Origin: Longimicrobiales bacterium
Lineage (GTDB): Bacteria > Gemmatimonadota > Gemmatimonadetes > Longimicrobiales > Gaopeijiaceae
Direction of reading: 5' to 3'
Assembly: GCA_965204735.1 (NCBI GenBank)
Contig: OZ242008.1
Span: forward strand, 2,432,001 to 2,496,000
Length of the DNA stretch: 64,000 nt
Position 1 is the first letter of the stretch; the number at the start of each line of letters is the position of its first letter. The notes under the pieces were generated by a model. It was not told the DNA's origin. It saw nothing but the letters and a program-made list of their open reading frames with translations, and ran no database searches. Of this stretch, positions 58,098-64,000 are shown piece by piece. Both the position numbers and the translations under genes were made by a program.

Positions 58098-58884
58098 GGA
58101 ACCAAGTCGTCATCCGGCGCGCCAAGGGCTTGGCCACTTCGAGGCGGGGCACCGGAAGCGGGGCGAGTCCTCGGAAGAGACGTGCGGGGTTCGTCCTGGC
58201 AAGCAGCGCGGCCTGCTCCTCGCCGCCTTGGGCCAGCACTTCCGACACTCCGGGCTCCAGGTAGAGCCGGTAGCCGGGGCGTCCGTGGAAGTCGGACGAG
58301 AGGTAGTCGAGGAGGCCGGCCGCCAGCATCCGGAGGGCCAAGTGGGCCGCCGCGGCGCCGTACTGTCCCACGAGAGACCCGTAGTTGCACTGAAGGTAGG
58401 CCCCGGCGTCCTTCCAGGAACGGACGACTTCCAGATCGGGATCGATCCCGGCGTAGCGCTCGGGGTGAGCGACGATCGGCACGCAGCCCGCTTCCCGCAG
58501 CCGCGCCAGCACGGTGGTCGTCCGCGGAGGAACTTGGAACATGGGCCACTCCACCAGCACGAACGGGGTTCCGCCAAGCCGCAGGCGCGGGTCCGACAGC
58601 TTCGGGGTCGGCACGTCCATCTTGATCTCGAACCCCCGGCGGAAGTCCAGGTCGGGGTAGCGTTCCGACACCGCCGTCTTCACGACCTCCCACTGACGGT
58701 CCATGACCTCCAGCGTTTCGGCGTCCCGAGTCAGCGAGGCCCGGAGGTGGGGCGTGGCGACGATCCGCCGGACGCCGGCGTCGGTCATGCGGCCGATGGC
58801 GTCGAGGGAGTCGTCCAAGGTGCGGGCGCCGTCGTCCACGCCGGGGACCAGATGGCTGTGAAAGTCGCCGTAGCCGGAACTCAC
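58090..58884 (-). CDS. CpsB/CapC-family PHP tyrosine-protein phosphatase
   Basis: DFHSHLVPGVDDG, ATPH, AHPERY, SSDFH. Confidence 0.9.
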   Translation of the reverse strand: MSSGYGDFHSHLVPGVDDGARTLDDSLDAIGRMTDAGVRRIVATPHLRASLTRDAETLEVMDRQWEVVKTAVSERYPDLDFRRGFEIKMDVPTPKLSDPRLRLGGTPFVLVEWPMFQVPPRTTTVLARLREAGCVPIVAHPERYAGIDPDLEVVRSWKDAGAYLQCNYGSLVGQYGAAAAHLALRMLAAGLLDYLSSDFHGRPGYRLYLEPGVSEVLAQGGEEQAALLARTNPARLFRGLAPLPVPRLEVAKPLARRMTTWFRA

Positions 58885-59228
58885 TGGCGCCGCTCGACGT
58901 CCATCTCACCGACTTGGCGGGCGACGCGACGCAGCTCTTCGCCCCCGCCGCCTTCCGCAAGGACCAGAAGACAGGCGAACGTGACGTGGGCGTCGGCGGC
59001 CAAGAGGGAGAAGGCCGCGGCCCTCTCTCCGGGGTCCTGCTGGGCGCACGACCTCATCGCCGTCTCCGCGGCGCGGAGGAGCGCGGCAACCGAGAGTTCG
59101 CGCGCCCCCTCCAGCACGCCCCCTGCCTCCAGGTGGGGGCGGAAGGCGGCCGGCACGGGCGGCTCGCGGGAGTCGATCCATCGGCGCGTCGTGGACGGCC
59201 GGGGTCCGGGGGTCCCGGCGGCGATCAC
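58881..59228 (-). CDS. Hypothetical protein
   Basis: 115-aa ORF translationally coupled to alaS and the phosphatase; AFSLLAADAHVTFAC. Confidence 0.6.
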   Translation of the reverse strand: MIAAGTPGPRPSTTRRWIDSREPPVPAAFRPHLEAGGVLEGARELSVAALLRAAETAMRSCAQQDPGERAAAFSLLAADAHVTFACLLVLAEGGGGEELRRVARQVGEMDVERRQ

Positions 59229-61888
59229 CGACTCAGGCCCTTCACGTACTTCGCTCCGGCCGCCACCGCGTCCCCGACCTTCCGGGGGTCGCCGACCCCG
59301 GCCTGCGCCATGTGGGGCCGTCCCCCGCCCCGACCGTCGGCGACCGCCGCGGCCGCGCGCACCACCGCGTCGGCCCGGACTCCCGCCGCGACGGCGCTGT
59401 CGGTGGCGAAGGCGAAGAGGGCGTGCTTGCCGCCGGGCATCTCCGCCGCCACGACGGCCACGGCCAGGTCCGACGACCGGCGGAAGGCGTCTCCCCAGCT
59501 TCGGGCGTCGCCCGCCCCCTGCACCTTCAGGCGAACGCCTCGGTACGTGCCCGGCCGGCCGTCAACCCGGAAGCCGGTCTCGGCGAGCGTCTCCGCGCCC
59601 CCGCCCGTCTGTCGCAGCTCCGCCACCATCGCCTGCAGGCCGGCCCTCTCGGCCCGCAGCTGCGCGACGCGACGCTCCAAGTTCTCCGGCAGCGTCTTGA
59701 GGGAGGCTGCCAGCCCTTCGATCCGGCGCCGATACGCCGCCAAGTGCCGGAAGGCGGTCGGGCCAGTCACGGCTTCGACCCGGCGCACGCCCGCCGCGAC
59801 GCCCGTTTCCGACGCGACGGAGAAGAGGCCGATCTCGCCCGTGCGGCGCACGTGGGTTCCCCCGCACAGCTCCATGCTGACGCCCGGCACCTCGACCACC
59901 CTCACCTCGGCGCCGTACTTCTCGCCGAAGAGGGCCATGGCCCCGGCCCGCACCGCCTCCTGGAAGGGCCTGACGCCGGTCCGAACGGGGTGGTCGGCCC
60001 AGACGGCCTCGTTGACCCGGGCCTCCACCGACGCGACCTCGTCGGCGGTCATCGGGGCCGTGTGGGCGAAGTCGAAGCGGAGGCGGTCCGGCGCGACCAG
60101 CGAGCCCCGCTGCGCCACGTGGCCGCCCAGAGCCGCGCGAAGGGCCGCGTGCAGGAGGTGCGTGGCCGTGTGGTTCCGCTCGGTGTCGTGGCGAGGACCT
60201 TCGTGGAGCTGGGCGACCACTTGCGACCCGACCAACTCCCCGCCTTCTGCGGAGAACTCCGCGCCGGGCCGTCCTCGGACCCACGTCAAGTCGCCGTCCC
60301 GGACCACGTCCTCCACCTCCATCGTCCAGCCGTCGCCCCGCACCTGCCCCCGGTCCGACACCTGGCCGCCGCCCTCGGCGTAGAAGGGGTTGTCCTCCAG
60401 CGCCATCTCCACGGCGCCGCCCCCTCGCCGGAAGCCGATCACCCTGGTGGCCGCCGAACGCGCTTCGTAGCCCGCAAAGCGCTGACGCGCATCGTCGGCC
60501 ACCTCTTGGCAGGCGAAGGCGCTCCGGCCCGAGTCGGCGCCCTCTCCGCTCCCGGCCGTCCGATCCGCCCGGGAACGTTCCCGCTGCTGGGCCAGCGCCG
60601 CCTCGAAGCCCTCCATGTCCACGTCCCAGCCCCGCTCGCCCGCCATGAGGCGGGTCAGGTCCGCGGGAAAGCCGAAGGTGTCGTAGAGCCGAAACACCTC
60701 GGCGCCGGCGACCACGGGACGAGGCCGGGTTCCTTCCGGCACGGGCGGGGCCACGGCGTCGAGGCGTCCCGTTCCCTCGCCGATCGTGGCCAGGAAGCGT
60801 TCCTCTTCGGCCCTGGTGGTGGCCAGGAGGTGCTCCCGCCGGGCGGCCAGCTCCGGGTAGGCGTCCGCCATCTCGGCGGCCACGGCGTCCACTACGGCGT
60901 CGAGGGTCGGCTCCCGGCGTCCCAGCAGCCAGGCGTGACGGACGCCCCTGCGCAGGATGCGCCGCAGCACGTAGCCGCGCCCTTCGTTGGACGGAAACAC
61001 GCCGTCGGCCAGAAGGAACGCCACCGCCCGCGCGTGGTCGGCCAGCACCCGATACGAGACGCCTTCCTGCGCGCCGGGCCGATAGGGGCGCCCCACCGCC
61101 TCCGCCACGCGGTCCAGCAACGGCAGGAAGAGGTCCGTGTGGTAGTTGGCGTCGGCTTTCTGAAGCACGGCCGCCAGCCGCTCCAGCCCCGCCCCCGTGT
61201 CGATGCTGGGCGCCGGCAGCGGACGCAGCGTCCCGGCTTCGTCCCGGTCGAACTGCATGAACACCAAGTTCCAGAGCTCCAGGAACTCGCCGGCCTCGCC
61301 TCGGGCTTCGAACTCCGCCGTGCCCGGCGCGACGGCCCGATCCTCCCGGGGCCGCAGGTCGTAGTGCACCTCGGAGCAGGGACCGCACGGCCCCGTGTCC
61401 GCCATCTGCCAGAAGTTGTCCTTGTCGCCCAGTCGGTGGATCCGCTCCCGGGGCACGCCCGCCACCTTCTCCCAGAGGTCCTCCGCCTCGCCGTCGGTGC
61501 GGTGCACGGTGACGAAGAGGCGATCCGGGTCCAGCCCCAGGTCCCCGGTCAGGAACTCCCAGGCGTACTCGACCGCTTCGCGCTTGAAGTAGTCGCCGAA
61601 GGAGAAGTTCCCGAGCATCTCGAAGAAGGTGTGGTGCCGCGCCGTCCGCCCCACTTCTTCCAGGTCGTTGTGCTTCCCTCCCGCGCGCACGCACTTCTGC
61701 GAGGTGACCGCCCGCCGGAACGGCAGCTCGTCCCGACCCAGGAACGCTCCCTTGAACTGGACCATCCCCGCGTTCGTGAAGAGCAGGGTGGGGTCGTCGG
61801 CGGGCACCAGCGGGGAGCTGGGGCGGACCTCGTGACCTCTAGCCTGGAAGAAATCGAGGAACTTCCGGCGGACCTGAGCGGCTCTCAT
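59225..61888 (-). CDS. alaS: Alanine--tRNA ligase
   Basis: LLFTNAGM, HHTFFEMLGNFSFGDYFK, GPCGPCSE, IDTGAGLER, HTATH editing motif, ELCGGTH, GGGRP. Confidence 0.98.
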   Translation of the reverse strand: MRAAQVRRKFLDFFQARGHEVRPSSPLVPADDPTLLFTNAGMVQFKGAFLGRDELPFRRAVTSQKCVRAGGKHNDLEEVGRTARHHTFFEMLGNFSFGDYFKREAVEYAWEFLTGDLGLDPDRLFVTVHRTDGEAEDLWEKVAGVPRERIHRLGDKDNFWQMADTGPCGPCSEVHYDLRPREDRAVAPGTAEFEARGEAGEFLELWNLVFMQFDRDEAGTLRPLPAPSIDTGAGLERLAAVLQKADANYHTDLFLPLLDRVAEAVGRPYRPGAQEGVSYRVLADHARAVAFLLADGVFPSNEGRGYVLRRILRRGVRHAWLLGRREPTLDAVVDAVAAEMADAYPELAARREHLLATTRAEEERFLATIGEGTGRLDAVAPPVPEGTRPRPVVAGAEVFRLYDTFGFPADLTRLMAGERGWDVDMEGFEAALAQQRERSRADRTAGSGEGADSGRSAFACQEVADDARQRFAGYEARSAATRVIGFRRGGGAVEMALEDNPFYAEGGGQVSDRGQVRGDGWTMEVEDVVRDGDLTWVRGRPGAEFSAEGGELVGSQVVAQLHEGPRHDTERNHTATHLLHAALRAALGGHVAQRGSLVAPDRLRFDFAHTAPMTADEVASVEARVNEAVWADHPVRTGVRPFQEAVRAGAMALFGEKYGAEVRVVEVPGVSMELCGGTHVRRTGEIGLFSVASETGVAAGVRRVEAVTGPTAFRHLAAYRRRIEGLAASLKTLPENLERRVAQLRAERAGLQAMVAELRQTGGGAETLAETGFRVDGRPGTYRGVRLKVQGAGDARSWGDAFRRSSDLAVAVVAAEMPGGKHALFAFATDSAVAAGVRADAVVRAAAAVADGRGGGRPHMAQAGVGDPRKVGDAVAAGAKYVKGLSR

Positions 61889-62044
61889 GGGATCGGCAAG
61901 GCGGAAGAGCAGGCGGGGAGACGGAAGGCGCCGTCGGCAACCGACGAAACGGCGCCGGACGGAGACCGCGGGAGGACTGGACTCCGAAAGCTAGTCCAAC
62001 CGGCCCGTCCCGCCCCATCCGGCGCCGCCCGGCCCGGGCCTCGG

Positions 62045-63178
62045 CTACACCACCCTTACCGCCGGCCCTTCCCTCCGCTCGGAGGCGGGAGCGCCGACCG
62101 AATCCGACTTCGACGCTCCGCCGGCCTCGGCGTCCTGCCGATCTTCGGGCTCCCCGATCCCCAGCGCCGCCAGCAGGCGGTCCTCGATCTCCTTCGCCAC
62201 GTCCTCGTTCTCGGCCAGGAAGCCTCGGACGTTCTCCTTTCCCTGTCCCAGCCGCAGGTCGTCCAGGGAGAACCACGAACCGGACTTCGTCACGATGCGG
62301 TGCTCCACGCCCAGGTCGATGAGGAGCCCGGTGTGGCTGATCCCCTGCGCGTAGAGGATGTCGAACTCGGCCTGCTTGAAGGGAGGCGCGCACTTGTTCT
62401 TGACCACCTTGACCCGGGTCCGGTTGCCGATGACTTCCTGGCCCTCCTTGATCGCCCCGATCCTCCGGATGTCCATCCGCAGCGAAGCGTAGAACTTGAG
62501 GGCCCGCCCCCCCGTCGTGGTCTCGGGCGAACCGAACATCACCCCGATCTTCTCCCGGATCTGGTTGGTGAAGATCACCGCGCAGTTGGAGCGGTTCACG
62601 GCCCCGGTCAGCTTCCGAAGGGCTTGGCTCATGAGACGCGCCTGGAGCCCGACGTGGGAGTCGCCCATCTCGCCTTCGATCTCCGCGCGGGGAACCAGCG
62701 CTGCGACCGAGTCCACCACGATCGCGTCCACCGCGTTGCTGCGGATCAGGACCTCGGCGATCTCCAGCGCCTGCTCGCCGGTGTCGGGCTGGGAGACCAG
62801 CAGGTCGTCCACGTTCACTCCCAGCTTCCTTGCGTACTGAACGTCCAGGGCGTGTTCGGCGTCGATGAACGCCGCGATGCCGCCGGCCCTCTGGCTGTTG
62901 GCGATGACGTGGAGGCAGAGCGTCGTCTTGCCCGACGACTCGGGGCCGTAGATCTCGGTGATCCGGCCCTGGGGCACGCCTCCGATGCCGATCGCCGCGT
63001 CCACGTTGATCGCCCCCGTGGAGATGCTGCCGATCTGGAGCGCGGCGCCGTCGGACCCCATGCGCATGATCGCCCCCTTGCCGTACGACCGCTCGATCTG
63101 GGTCACGGCCGTGGCGAGGGCCTTTTCCTTCTGCTTGGCCTCCAGGCCGTTCTTGCTGGATGCTTTCGTTCTGCTCAT
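62045..63178 (-). CDS. recA: Recombinase RecA
   Basis: [48 protein letters not shown]. Confidence 0.99.
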   Translation of the reverse strand: MSRTKASSKNGLEAKQKEKALATAVTQIERSYGKGAIMRMGSDGAALQIGSISTGAINVDAAIGIGGVPQGRITEIYGPESSGKTTLCLHVIANSQRAGGIAAFIDAEHALDVQYARKLGVNVDDLLVSQPDTGEQALEIAEVLIRSNAVDAIVVDSVAALVPRAEIEGEMGDSHVGLQARLMSQALRKLTGAVNRSNCAVIFTNQIREKIGVMFGSPETTTGGRALKFYASLRMDIRRIGAIKEGQEVIGNRTRVKVVKNKCAPPFKQAEFDILYAQGISHTGLLIDLGVEHRIVTKSGSWFSLDDLRLGQGKENVRGFLAENEDVAKEIEDRLLAALGIGEPEDRQDAEAGGASKSDSVGAPASERREGPAVRVV

Positions 63179-63299
63179 CGGTGAGACTCTCCTGTGGGGT
63201 CGAAGCCCTCTTGTGGGGGGAGCGAGTCACGGCGCCGGAAGGCGCGACCGAGCCCATCGGCGGGCGTGGACGTTCGTGAAACGCGAGCGGGCCTTGAAC

Positions 63300-63314
63300 C
63301 GAAGATAAAGCGAA
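63300..63314. promoter_or_regulatory. Candidate SOS/LexA-type operator (CGAA-N7-CGAA) upstream of recA
   Basis: cgaagataaagcgaa about 120 bp upstream of the recA ATG; its 4-N7-4 direct-repeat geometry matches GTTC-N7-GTTC LexA boxes. Confidence 0.35.
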
Positions 63315-63513
63315 ATACCCCCGGAGTTCAAGTCCTCCTCTGACAAGGTAGGAGTCCTGGTGGGCGTTTCCATGCCTGGATGGGACTAGATTTCGGCGCC
63401 GCCGGGACGGACCCACCGGGCGGCCCCTCCCGGGGACGGCCAAGTGCGAGCCCCGGGCGGCCCGGCAGCCTGCTCCCCGCAAGACGCTGCTTCCCGCAAA
63501 GACGGACGCGCCG

Positions 63514-64000
63514 ATGACCGCACCAACCCGCGCCTACGACTTGGTGGCCGTCGGCGGCGGCACCGGAGGACTCGTCGCCGCCGCCGGCGCCGCCTACCTG
63601 GGGATGCGTCCTGCGATCGTCGAGAAGACCGCCTTGGGCGGCGACTGCCTCTGGACCGGGTGCGTGCCCTCCAAGGCCCTGATCGCGTCGGCTCGCCTGG
63701 CTCGGAAGATGGACCAGGCCGCAGCCCTCGGTCTCCGCCCGTCCAAGGGGGGCAACCGCGACTTCCGGGCCGTCATGGAGCGGATGCGCGCGGCGCGTTC
63801 CACGGTTGCGCACCACGACGACCCGGAGCGGTTCCGCAAGATGGGGGTCGGCGTTCACTTCGGAGCCGCCCGCTTCCTCGACGCCACCACGGTGGAAGTC
63901 GAGGGGGTGGGCCGCATCCGCTCCAAGCGCATCGTGCTCGCCACGGGCGCGCTTCCTTCGACGCCGCCGATTCCGGGGCTGGCCGAGGCCGGGCACTGGA
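63514..64000 (+). CDS. Pyridine nucleotide-disulfide oxidoreductase (dihydrolipoyl dehydrogenase/MerA-like); runs off the window end
   Basis: MTAPTRAYDLVAVGGGTGG (FAD fold), LGGDCLWTGCVPSKAL redox-active motif, LATG. Confidence 0.9.
   Translation, partial: MTAPTRAYDLVAVGGGTGGLVAAAGAAYLGMRPAIVEKTALGGDCLWTGCVPSKALIASARLARKMDQAAALGLRPSKGGNRDFRAVMERMRAARSTVAHHDDPERFRKMGVGVHFGAARFLDATTVEVEGVGRIRSKRIVLATGALPSTPPIPGLAEAGHW

Noticed and set aside
61889..62044. recX remnant between recA and alaS
   Set aside because: The 156-bp gap shows only a GC-rich hairpin and no RecX-like coding trace.

Overview
High-GC bacterial chromosome window; gene content and protein style suggest Gemmatimonadota, which is an inference. 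It is mostly housekeeping genes on the minus strand: recA, alaS, CCA-adding enzyme, rarA, hflX, pdxJ, ispE, tRNA-Gln, prs, rplY, pth, hppA, rpsF/rpsR, rplI, rsfS, smc, aroF, SRP RNA, dnaX, ybaB, recR, pgsA, cinA, grpE and dnaJ, with iscS-mnmA on the plus strand. Accessory DNA: (i) about 18 kb inserted between tRNA-Gln and prs. It carries a co-oriented cluster of an AAA/DUF4143-like ATPase, a NERD-kinase-kinase-P-loop protein, a ~610-aa protein, a 1703-aa nuclease-motif/HerA-like ATPase and a Fic protein. This resembles the MADS mad6-7-8 / DndFGH effector module but has no adjacent modification genes. (ii) A compact PglX-like N6-adenine methyltransferase 3-4 kb away, inside a core operon. (iii) An intact IS1202-family-like IS with a 17-bp target duplication. 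(iv) A TonB-receptor-like/lipoprotein pair. Oddities in the core region: a single ORF fusing ribosomal proteins S6 and S18, an SRP RNA with a non-GNRA helix-8 loop, a repeat-expanded GrpE, an inverted copy of the rplY 3' end inside another gene, and several short duplications. All family calls come from reading motifs by eye; no searches were run.
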